64,000 nucleotides of DNA, taken from NCBI GenBank assembly GCA_964626685.1, contig CAZVJY010000009.1, forward strand, positions 116 through 64,115, written 5' to 3'. How positions within the stretch are numbered: position 1 is the stretch's first letter; the number at the start of each line of letters is the position of its first letter. This DNA comes from an uncultured Flavobacteriaceae bacterium (lineage in GTDB: Bacteria; Bacteroidota; Bacteroidia; NS11-12g; UBA955). Shown in pieces: positions 37,845 to 46,274 of the stretch. The position numbers were made by a program, and so were the translations under genes. The notes under the pieces were generated by a model that saw nothing but the letters and a program-made list of their open reading frames with translations, was not told where the DNA came from and searched no databases.

Positions 37845-39764
37845 TCACAACCTTTGAAGCAATTCTTTTGCTTCCCTGTTGGCAGGTTGTATTCTCAGTG
37901 CTTCGTTGAGCTGTAACTTAGCCTGGCCTTTATTTCCCACTTTCAAGTAAATCTCAGCCAGGTAAAGCCTGGCATTTTCATTGTCGGGGAATAGGGAAAC
38001 AACCTTTTTTAAATGGATAAGGGCTTTTCCACTATTGCCACTGAGCCATTCAGCCACACCCAGGTTTAACAAAGCCAGTTCATGTTTGCTTTGCTGTTTC
38101 AAGGTCTGTGACAGAACATCAATAGCCTCGCCAAATCGTTTAAGGCGAATAAGTGCGTTGCCCAGTTCAGCTGCAAAATCGGCCTGTAATGGCATCTTCT
38201 CTGCCGCAATGCGGTACCATTCCGCTGCATTTTCGGTCTTCATACTTTTATCGAATGCCTTTGCAGTTCGGTACGCGGTCCATGCGGATATTTCGTCAGT
38301 ATTTAATGAGGTTGAAATGGTTGTGATTTTGTCCCATTGTCCGTGGGCGTAGTGGTAGTGAATCTCCTGTTCTTTACTGCCTTTATCAAGTAATTTCTTA
38401 GCCTGGTTCAGGTAAACCGGATTTGCATCAAACTTCTCAAACCATGAAAGGTAAGCCTGCAATTGCATGGCAGATTTCGGTGCTGGTTGGTTTACGGCAT
38501 ATAAACCCACAGGTTTGCCCGGATTGATCAGGTTCTGTGATACAGGTTTGCGTATGTAATGGTCATGAACAGTTACGTGTGGAATGTCGGCAGTGCCGCT
38601 CTTGGGCATATGGCACCCTACACAGTTGTTTCCGGTTTTCTGAATTTCATGTGCGGGAGCACTGCAGTTCAGTTTGGCAGCATTTCCTCCTGAGCTGTGG
38701 CAATCATTGCAAGCTTTGTTGAATAGTTCAGTATTGGTTTTGCGAACGCTCACATGGGGGTTGTGGCAGGTAATACAGGTTAAGTTGAGTTTGCCGCCTT
38801 CTTTGTTGGAAACCTTGAAGCATCGGCTCATCTGCAATCTTTCAGCGTGCCCTGCCATGTAAAATGCCTTTCCGTTTTCGTGCATGGGCATGTAGATTTC
38901 AAAAATGCTGTCTAGGTGCATGCCGGGACGGAAATCCGTGAACTTTTTACCGGGTTTTAATACATTGTTGCCTTGCAAATGGCAGCGCTGGCAGATATCT
39001 ACCTGAAGTTTCCATGGCAAACGCGAAGGATTCACAATGGTTCTGTCAGCTACTTTGTTTACGTCGACAATGATTCCTTTTCGCTTTTCAGCCACATGCA
39101 ATTCTCCGGGGCCATGGCATCTTTCGCAGTCTATGCCTTGTGGTGTGTGTGTAAACTTGTTAATACTGCCTTCTTCCACTTTGGGCATGCCATTGTGACA
39201 ACTCATGCACTCAACATCAATTTTGCGTGAAAAACCAGTGTTGGTGGTCTCATAACCCGGTGGCAAATCCCATTTGCCGGATTGCGTGTAAAATGTCAAT
39301 GGAGCCTGAAACCAGTAGTCACCATCGCGCCAGAAGTGGCTGTTTGTATGGTGTCCGCTCCCGACAATGTGCGTAATTTGCTCGGTGCGGCTATGGGTGG
39401 TATCTCCGTTTTTTAAGCGGTATTCGCGTATGAAATATTTTCCGCCGGCGCTGAAAGGAAGATAATACAGGTCCTTTTTCGCATCGTATACCGACTTTAC
39501 ATTGTTCCAGACAGCTTTACTTCTTTCAGCAGTGGCATCGCCAAAACTACTGCCCATGCCTGTTTCAATAAAAGTATGGTAGTGATCGGCGTGGCATTCC
39601 TTACAGGTGGCAATTCCGACATAATCTACAGTATCCTGTAAATTCAGGAAAAACGACGTATCCTTTTTTATAGGTTTGCTATCCGAACAGGTGCTCATAG
39701 AAAGCAAAACTGTGAAAATGCATAACCCAAGCCAGATAAATGGTATGATTTTTCTACCGCTCAT
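37845..39764 (-). CDS. Heptaheme c-type cytochrome lipoprotein with C-terminal TPR domain
   Basis: Seven CxxCH motifs: CKECH (39591-39605), CMSCH, CERCH, CQRCH, CITCH, CNDCH, CVGCH. Lipobox-like LLSMSTC. The last ~200 aa are TPR-like (AEWYRIAAE..., ALLNLGVAEWLSGN..., ARLYLAEIYLKVGN...). Confidence 0.85.
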   Translation of the reverse strand: MSGRKIIPFIWLGLCIFTVLLSMSTCSDSKPIKKDTSFFLNLQDTVDYVGIATCKECHADHYHTFIETGMGSSFGDATAERSKAVWNNVKSVYDAKKDLYYLPFSAGGKYFIREYRLKNGDTTHSRTEQITHIVGSGHHTNSHFWRDGDYWFQAPLTFYTQSGKWDLPPGYETTNTGFSRKIDVECMSCHNGMPKVEEGSINKFTHTPQGIDCERCHGPGELHVAEKRKGIIVDVNKVADRTIVNPSRLPWKLQVDICQRCHLQGNNVLKPGKKFTDFRPGMHLDSIFEIYMPMHENGKAFYMAGHAERLQMSRCFKVSNKEGGKLNLTCITCHNPHVSVRKTNTELFNKACNDCHSSGGNAAKLNCSAPAHEIQKTGNNCVGCHMPKSGTADIPHVTVHDHYIRKPVSQNLINPGKPVGLYAVNQPAPKSAMQLQAYLSWFEKFDANPVYLNQAKKLLDKGSKEQEIHYHYAHGQWDKITTISTSLNTDEISAWTAYRTAKAFDKSMKTENAAEWYRIAAEKMPLQADFAAELGNALIRLKRFGEAIDVLSQTLKQQSKHELALLNLGVAEWLSGNSGKALIHLKKVVSLFPDNENARLYLAEIYLKVGNKGQAKLQLNEALRIQPANREAKELLQRL

Positions 39765-39780
39765 GGCTGTGAAATAGCAT

Positions 39781-40539
39781 TTATCTTTTGTTTTTCCCTT
39801 TTGGGGTTTTCAATGTAATCCACTTGTCGGGCCTTACCTGGCCATCGGATTGAAACCTGAAATCAGGAAGCAGCAGTTCTTTTTTCTCCGTGATGAACGG
39901 TTTGATACTGCTGAAGAAATATGGTGTGTTTGCATCCTTTCGCTGGTAAGGATTCCACACTCCGGTGAAGATAATGGACGGTTCCTGCAGTCTTATGGCA
40001 TCGGGTAGGGAAGCTACTTTTTTCTCGGCAGCATGAGAAAGAAAAGTGATTCTAAAAATGCCTTTGGCACTTCCTGCGTATTTCCCACCTGCATCTTCCA
40101 TCAGTTCATAACTGCCCTCTGCAAACAACATCTTCCATCCGTTTGCTATCAGTGAATCAAGTGTAAATCTGGCAGACGGTGCGGAATTCACCGTATCTAC
40201 ATAATCTACCGCCGAAGCATTGAAGATGTTTTCTATGCTCGGTAAAAGGTCGAAATGGTTTTGAATGCCTCGGTGCAGGCTGTGGCCTCGTAAAGCAGGC
40301 TTGGTAAGGTTATCGCCCTTTTTTAAACCAGAAACCACTATACGGATATGGGTGCACTGTGTATCGGCGCCAAAACCTCCGTCAAAGGTGTCGTTTAACC
40401 TCAAGAAGATATCCTTGTGCCTGTCATTTGTGATTTCTCCAATTCCCGGGTTGAGGGATTGGACAGCAGGCTCTGATTCTTGCTGTGCCGAAAGAAGTAA
40501 CGGTAGCAAAAAAAGCAATATTCCCGTTAGATTCCGCAT
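39781..40539 (-). CDS. Secreted hypothetical protein
   Basis: Signal peptide MRNLTGILLFLLPLLLSAQ. No recognisable motif. The ATG shares one nt with the rhodanese stop (TAATG). Confidence 0.5.
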   Translation of the reverse strand: MRNLTGILLFLLPLLLSAQQESEPAVQSLNPGIGEITNDRHKDIFLRLNDTFDGGFGADTQCTHIRIVVSGLKKGDNLTKPALRGHSLHRGIQNHFDLLPSIENIFNASAVDYVDTVNSAPSARFTLDSLIANGWKMLFAEGSYELMEDAGGKYAGSAKGIFRITFLSHAAEKKVASLPDAIRLQEPSIIFTGVWNPYQRKDANTPYFFSSIKPFITEKKELLLPDFRFQSDGQVRPDKWITLKTPKGKNKR

Positions 40540-40844
40540 TAGGCGCCAAATTGTCTTTGCCAGTCAAGCATGCCTCCGAGAAGGTTTCTTACTTTGGTGA
40601 AGCCCTGAGATTCTAAAAAAGCCTTGGCTGTGGCGCTCCTGGCTCCACTGCGGCAATGCACAATGATTTCATCCTGTTTATGATCTTCCAGTTCATCTAC
40701 TTTCCCCGGCAGTTCAGCCAGTGGTATAAGGGTAGCGCCTATGTTAAACTCTTCGTATTCCCAGTTCTCACGAACATCAATAATCATAGGGGCTGTTCCA
40801 GCGTCAATCCTGGATTTTAATTCAATAACGGTAATATCTTCCAT
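40539..40844 (-). CDS. Single-domain rhodanese (sulfurtransferase)
   Basis: 101 aa, active-site loop HCRSGARS, no signal peptide. Confidence 0.88.
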   Translation of the reverse strand: MEDITVIELKSRIDAGTAPMIIDVRENWEYEEFNIGATLIPLAELPGKVDELEDHKQDEIIVHCRSGARSATAKAFLESQGFTKVRNLLGGMLDWQRQFGA

Positions 40845-40846
40845 AC

Positions 40847-42775
40847 TTAGGGGTTTTTAATCAATTTTTGGCTGTATGTCTTTCCGGCAATGTCTGTGCA
40901 ATGCACGATATAGATTCCGGATTTGAGGTCTTCAATGAAAATCTCATTGGTAGGACGGGTAATGTCAAGTACTTTTAAACCGGTAATTGAAAATACCGAG
41001 ATGTGCTTTAGATCGTTTATTCCCTCAATTCTGGCGATGTATGAGGCAGGATTGGGCACAATCCTAAAAACTCGTTTAACTGTGGGTTTAACACCCATGC
41101 GATGCTCTGCAGCGGAACCGATCAGCGGTCTGAGCATAGGAATTCCTTTTACCGAGGCATCCACAGGCTCCCACTGGCCAAGCAGGTTATAATACAGGTT
41201 GGGATTTTTTACATTCTGGCCCTGGTAGCGGTAATTGTTGTCGTATCCTACATTCAGCACAAACTTCTGAAACTGAACCCATCCGATGTAGTAAGTGCCT
41301 TTGTCCAGCAGCAGGCTGCTATCGAAATAGAAATAGTGGAAACCGTTGTGCGTGTCTTTGTATACAGGCAATTCAAAAGGTGTTTCATAGATTAGCTCAT
41401 CCTGATTGTCGGTGGCACCAATCGGTGAAAGCTTACGCCAAACCCTGAACCTGAATTTTCGGCTGGATACATCCTCAACACTTTGATTAAACATAACCGC
41501 CAGCCCGCGAAAAGTGTCTTTTTTGAGCAAATCGAATTTCATGGCAAACTGACCCTTAATGTCGGGCAGAAATTCATAGTTCAGGCCAAAACCACCTTCT
41601 GCAGTGCCATCATCCCAAGCATACCATGGTGTAAATGTTTGTTTTGATTGAAAAACGTTGTTGTTACCGACGGCATTATAGTTGTCAGGTGTAATATCAT
41701 CGCTTTGCGGAGCAATTTTGTAGGTAAGTTTCAAAAAAGGATTTTCTCCTGACAAGGTATCCATTTTTACCTGTCCAAAACTCTCACCATCTACTCCGGG
41801 AGCTATGTTTTTACTGCTAAGGCTAAATGGGCGGAACAATACCAGTGAATCATATCGGTTGCGTATTTCAAGCTGAAAACGGGTTTGAACGGTAACAGCG
41901 CTGTTCAGGTTTCTAATTGTTATGTTATGACTGGGCAGGGTTTGATTTGAAAAATCATCCACGAAATGCCGGTATGGCATGCTGTAATAATTTTTTAGCA
42001 GGGAAGGAGAAGCAAACTGAATACCTATATCTCGGATGCCGGTATCTTTCGCACTACGGCTCCTGTCAAGCCTCACGTAATCTATATGCCAGTGGTTAAG
42101 ATTGCCTGTAGCTTTGGTGTAGTTTACCCAGCGAAACTGAAATGTACCATGCAAAAACTCAGTCTGAAAAGCCGGAACCATAACCTGTTTGAAAGCACCG
42201 GAATTCTTGCCTGTTTGCGACCAAACGCGTTTCCAGATGCCGGTTTTGGTTTTGAAAAACAAAATCAGTGAATCCTCCGTTTCTGGAACGTCTCCTAGGC
42301 CTGACGTTTGAAAGAAAAAGCTGAGGTAAACGCTGTCTGATGGTGTGTAATTTTTGGTTGTTACAGGCCCCGTCTTATAAAACTGCAGGTTAATGGGTTG
42401 GCTTGTAAGGCTGTCGGCATAGACGAAAACCGATTTATTTAACAGACCCTTCCATGGTTTCCCATTCGAGTTTAGATGATCAAAAGTGGCTACGTTGTAA
42501 TCAGGCTGATTCACCGGAAAGGAATTGTTTATCCAAACCTGATTGTCGGTCCAACGATTGTAGGACGGATAGCCGCTTTCAGCAGTAAAATTATCAAAAA
42601 AAGGCAAATCCAGGGTGTCGGTTATTTTGCTGAAATGCAATTCCACTTTAGATGACACACTTTTGCGATCAGCAGATTGCAACGGTGAAAACAAAATGCC
42701 CTGGCCAAACAGGTAAACATTGCAACTGAACAGCAAAAGCGTAACGAGGGTAATTCGGTTTTTCATCAATGACAA
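40847..42775 (-). CDS. Secreted protein with T9SS type-A C-terminal sorting domain
   Basis: Signal peptide. C-terminal ...IVPNPASYIARIEG...SGIYIVHCTDIAGKTYSQKLIKNP. N-terminal part unassigned. Confidence 0.7.
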   Translation of the reverse strand: MSLMKNRITLVTLLLFSCNVYLFGQGILFSPLQSADRKSVSSKVELHFSKITDTLDLPFFDNFTAESGYPSYNRWTDNQVWINNSFPVNQPDYNVATFDHLNSNGKPWKGLLNKSVFVYADSLTSQPINLQFYKTGPVTTKNYTPSDSVYLSFFFQTSGLGDVPETEDSLILFFKTKTGIWKRVWSQTGKNSGAFKQVMVPAFQTEFLHGTFQFRWVNYTKATGNLNHWHIDYVRLDRSRSAKDTGIRDIGIQFASPSLLKNYYSMPYRHFVDDFSNQTLPSHNITIRNLNSAVTVQTRFQLEIRNRYDSLVLFRPFSLSSKNIAPGVDGESFGQVKMDTLSGENPFLKLTYKIAPQSDDITPDNYNAVGNNNVFQSKQTFTPWYAWDDGTAEGGFGLNYEFLPDIKGQFAMKFDLLKKDTFRGLAVMFNQSVEDVSSRKFRFRVWRKLSPIGATDNQDELIYETPFELPVYKDTHNGFHYFYFDSSLLLDKGTYYIGWVQFQKFVLNVGYDNNYRYQGQNVKNPNLYYNLLGQWEPVDASVKGIPMLRPLIGSAAEHRMGVKPTVKRVFRIVPNPASYIARIEGINDLKHISVFSITGLKVLDITRPTNEIFIEDLKSGIYIVHCTDIAGKTYSQKLIKNP

Positions 42776-42813
42776 CCCGGATAAACGCAGGGTCTACCGT
42801 TTATATTGTAATG

Positions 42814-42821
42814 CAAAGGTA
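42814..42821 (-). promoter_or_regulatory. Candidate -7 box (TACCTTTG on minus strand)
   Basis: Exact TAnnTTTG, 38 nt upstream of the ATG at 42775. Confidence 0.25.
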
Positions 42822-42825
42822 AAAA

Positions 42826-43461
42826 TCAGAGCGGTTTTTTCCGTTTTTTTCTTTTTGCTTCCTTTGCGGCGGTAGGTTCCTGATCCTGTGCGTCGGGTTC
42901 AATTGCGGTACTGTCGACATTTTCATTGTCATCGGCCTGATTTTTTACCACAATCAGATCAATACGCGTGCCTTTGGTTATCATTTTACCTGCCGGAACC
43001 TCCATGCCATTAATGCTCTGTTTGGTTACCAGGTTATTGCCTATTTCATCATACACATATTCAATATTACCCAGTTCCAGTCCGTTATTTTTTATCAGTA
43101 CTTTGGCCAGCGTGAGACTTTGATCTACCAGCATCGGCATTTTTACCTTGGGTTTATCTAGGGCATTTACCACCAGGTAAATAATCCTGTTGGGTTTAAC
43201 ATCGCTTCCTGCAAGGGGATCCTGTTCGGTAACTGCATCTCTCTTCATGTTTTCCAGATACACCGAATCTGTAATTTCGTAGCGCAGTCCCTCATAATCC
43301 AGTTTTTCTATGGCTTCCTGCGTATTCATGCCAACAATGGACGGAACCTTCACTGCCACATTGTGGTTGGTAAACCAGTTCATCCAGAGAAAAAGCAAGA
43401 GGATAAAAACGCCTGTAGCCGCAATTCCGAGACCGATATTGAAGAACCAGTTCTTATTCAT
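42826..43461 (-). CDS. PASTA-domain membrane protein
   Basis: N-terminal TM followed by repeated ~65-aa PASTA-like units (VPSIVGMNTQEAIEKL..., KMPMLVDQSLTLAKVLI...). Start overlaps the ddl stop by 8 nt. Confidence 0.72.
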   Translation of the reverse strand: MNKNWFFNIGLGIAATGVFILLLFLWMNWFTNHNVAVKVPSIVGMNTQEAIEKLDYEGLRYEITDSVYLENMKRDAVTEQDPLAGSDVKPNRIIYLVVNALDKPKVKMPMLVDQSLTLAKVLIKNNGLELGNIEYVYDEIGNNLVTKQSINGMEVPAGKMITKGTRIDLIVVKNQADDNENVDSTAIEPDAQDQEPTAAKEAKRKKRKKPL

Positions 43462-46180
43462 GCTTCGATGATAACGAATCCTTACCGAATTTTAATATGT
43501 CACGGATAAAATCGAAAGGTTTATAACCATTTATAGCCGCCTGATGATAAATACAGGTAGCAGGTGTCATACCGGGCAGGCTGTTTACTTCAATGATCCA
43601 TGTTTCCACTTTGCCGTCTGCCATAATTTTCACAAAGGCATCAATGCGACAATAGCCAGTTACATCCAGGCAGCGTGCCACTGATTCCAGTGTCTTGCGC
43701 ACCTCACTGCTGATGCGGGCCTGCTCTGTGGTATCCCTGCTAAAACGCGAGGGTGTGATATTTTGCCCCTGCCCGGCCAGGAATTTCTCTTCCAAGCTCA
43801 GAATTTCACTTTCGGCAAGTGCCTCACTGGGCTCAAATACTTCGTATCGTAAACTGCCGTCAGATTCAATGTGGGTGAGCATTCCGCCGGTTATTTCTAA
43901 AAATTTAACGGCATCACCTTTGTCAATGAATTTCTCTATCAGCAGTTCATTTTTTGCCGGAAATTCTTCATTGGGAGTTAATCCCAATTTTTGCCTGATT
44001 GCAGAATCATCATCCCCGGTATTGCGGAATATGCCAGATATAAAATCGTGCAGTTCCTGTGCAGATTTAACTTTTCGCACCGCTGCACTGCAGCCATCAT
44101 CGGCAGGCTTAGCGATAAGTGGAAGGCCGAAGCGCTGCAGGATCTCATTTTCCACCATCTCGGCATTGGTGAGCCATTCATTTTTTGATAGCATGCGGTG
44201 ATCTGCCACCAGAAATCCGTTCTCACGCAGTTTTTGGTTGGTGATAAATTTATTGATGGTAACAGCGGCGCTGTGTTGTTTGCTTCCGTTGTAAAAAAGG
44301 CCATGTTTTTCAAGTTCCTGCTGCAATGTTCCGTCCTCACCCGGTCTGCCGTGAAGTGCAATAAACACTCCGGATACCAATTCAGCCAGTTTGGCAAAAG
44401 TAATTTCCTTGGGTGCCTGGAGCATGCCATCGGGATTGTAGCGATTCGTTATATGGGCAGCTTCATTCGCAATAGCATCCAATACTGGATTGTGTTCGAA
44501 GTGCAATACCTTTTCACGGATATCATCGGCATTGTCTTTCAGCATAATATTCAGCGGAAGCTGAAATAGCCTGAGATTTTCGGCACTGCCGGTCAAAAAC
44601 ACAGGAATGGGCTCATATTCAGCACTGCTGCTGAGTTTTTCATAAATATTGCGGCCACTTTCCATGCTGATATGGCGCTCATAACTGTATCCGCCCATGA
44701 TGACGGCTATTTTTTGTTGTTGCAATTGCCCGGCTGAAAGTGCATCAATCTGCTCATCCAGTTGCCTCAATGTCTCTTTCAATCCCTGCGATCGCGGCTG
44801 TGTTTCGATGCGTTCGGCCAGTGAGTTTCGAATGATGAAGGTAAGAAAACGAGCCGGATTTAAGCCAATTTCAGCAGCCTGATGGAAGAAGAAACTGCTG
44901 GGCATCATGCCGCTGGTGGTGTTGGGGTCGTTCAGAAAAACCTCGTTCTCATCCGATACGAAGCCGTCTATGCGTGCATAAACATTGAAACCGAAGAAAT
45001 CGTAGAGCGAACAGCATGCTGTTCTGATTTCTTCCAGTAATTCAGCCGAACCGGGCATGGGTGTTATTTTGTGGCTCAATCCGGGCAGGTATTTGCTCCG
45101 GTAATCGAAGTAATCGGTTTTCTTCTTGATTTCCGTTGGGGGCAGTGCGATGGGGTTGCCGTTATCATCCCGGATCACTATGCAACTGAATTCCCTTCCC
45201 TGAATAAACTCCTCAAAAACCACCTCGGTCTCTGCATCCGGTGATTCCAGCAAAACAGCGCTTCCCGGCTCACATAACAAGCTGTTCAGTTGGTTCAGCA
45301 AATCATCAGGCATGTAACACCATTCCCCATTCAGCTGCAATGGCAATCCAAGGCCGCTGCGTATGTCGGTAAATTCCTTGACGTGATTAATGCGATTTTC
45401 CTCAGATAAAACGGACCAGTCCTCGTGATACAGCTGAATGCGGAAAAAGGCCAGATCTACCGCCTTTTCAAAGTTGCGGTAATCCGCATTTTTTAGCACA
45501 CTCACACCCAGCGAACTGCCCTGATTGGCGGGTTTTACAACAAAATGTTCTTTAAACTCACGGTTGTAAAAGAAAAACAGATTTCCCTTTTCTATGTCGT
45601 TGGCCTGAATCCAGGTATCTCGTTTCAGCGTCTGGTAATGGTTTACATACAATCCGGCTCTTTCCTGAAAATCTTTTTGACGGGCTTTGTTCATGCCCAG
45701 AGCAGAGGCGAAAATACCGGAACCGGAGTAGGGGATATTGTGCCATTCCAGCAATCCCTGAATGGTACCGTCTTCACCCAGCGTGCCATGCAAGGCAAGA
45801 AAAGCGAAATCTATATAGTTTTTAAGCTCACCGGCATGAACCACTTTACCCAGAGAATCCAGCATTTTTATTTGCTTAGGCTCATCTGGATTAAGGCTTT
45901 CTGCATACACCTGAAATCCATGGGAGAGGTCTGGCAGGAAAGAAGCCGGGGGATAGAAATCGCGGATGCTGCCTTTGTAAACGTATTCCCAGTTCAGGAT
46001 AACAAAATTGCCAAAAGAATCCACGAAAACAGGTATGGCCTCAAACAGGTTTTTATCCAGATTGTCATATACGGTGCGGCCACCGGCAAACGAAACTTCC
46101 CGTTCGCGCGAAGCACCTCCAAAGAAAATTCCAACACGGATTTTGGATGTCATTGTTGCAAATTTATACCAAGCCAGCAT
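43454..46180 (-). CDS. ddl: Tandem-fused double D-alanine--D-alanine ligase (two ATP-grasp Ddl modules in one 908-aa chain)
   Basis: Module 1: GGASREREVS, LHGTLGEDGTIQG, KPANQGSSLG, FDYRSKY, RIDGF, DPNTTSGM. Module 2: GGYSYERHIS, LHGRPGEDGTLQQ, KPADDGCSAA, SLEEKF, RIDAF, EVNSLPGMT. The start may be Met10 (46153, MTSKIRVGIFFGG). Confidence 0.85.
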   Translation of the reverse strand: MLAWYKFATMTSKIRVGIFFGGASREREVSFAGGRTVYDNLDKNLFEAIPVFVDSFGNFVILNWEYVYKGSIRDFYPPASFLPDLSHGFQVYAESLNPDEPKQIKMLDSLGKVVHAGELKNYIDFAFLALHGTLGEDGTIQGLLEWHNIPYSGSGIFASALGMNKARQKDFQERAGLYVNHYQTLKRDTWIQANDIEKGNLFFFYNREFKEHFVVKPANQGSSLGVSVLKNADYRNFEKAVDLAFFRIQLYHEDWSVLSEENRINHVKEFTDIRSGLGLPLQLNGEWCYMPDDLLNQLNSLLCEPGSAVLLESPDAETEVVFEEFIQGREFSCIVIRDDNGNPIALPPTEIKKKTDYFDYRSKYLPGLSHKITPMPGSAELLEEIRTACCSLYDFFGFNVYARIDGFVSDENEVFLNDPNTTSGMMPSSFFFHQAAEIGLNPARFLTFIIRNSLAERIETQPRSQGLKETLRQLDEQIDALSAGQLQQQKIAVIMGGYSYERHISMESGRNIYEKLSSSAEYEPIPVFLTGSAENLRLFQLPLNIMLKDNADDIREKVLHFEHNPVLDAIANEAAHITNRYNPDGMLQAPKEITFAKLAELVSGVFIALHGRPGEDGTLQQELEKHGLFYNGSKQHSAAVTINKFITNQKLRENGFLVADHRMLSKNEWLTNAEMVENEILQRFGLPLIAKPADDGCSAAVRKVKSAQELHDFISGIFRNTGDDDSAIRQKLGLTPNEEFPAKNELLIEKFIDKGDAVKFLEITGGMLTHIESDGSLRYEVFEPSEALAESEILSLEEKFLAGQGQNITPSRFSRDTTEQARISSEVRKTLESVARCLDVTGYCRIDAFVKIMADGKVETWIIEVNSLPGMTPATCIYHQAAINGYKPFDFIRDILKFGKDSLSSKHE

Positions 46181-46274
46181 GGTTTATCCGTGATGTAATA
46201 CACATGCTGTGGATGCGTACTTAAAACAGGGCGGTTTTTCCCTGTAAAACCGTTAAATTCGCAGTTCTTTAATT

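Noticed and set aside
46215-46250. Hairpin ACAGGG-N8-CCCTGT in the ddl/pepA divergent gap, and ATAAACG-N10-CGTTTAT at 42781-42804
   Set aside because: The stems are short (6-7 bp) and AT-flanked with no U-tract. They sit in promoter regions and are compatible with chance, so they are not reported as features.
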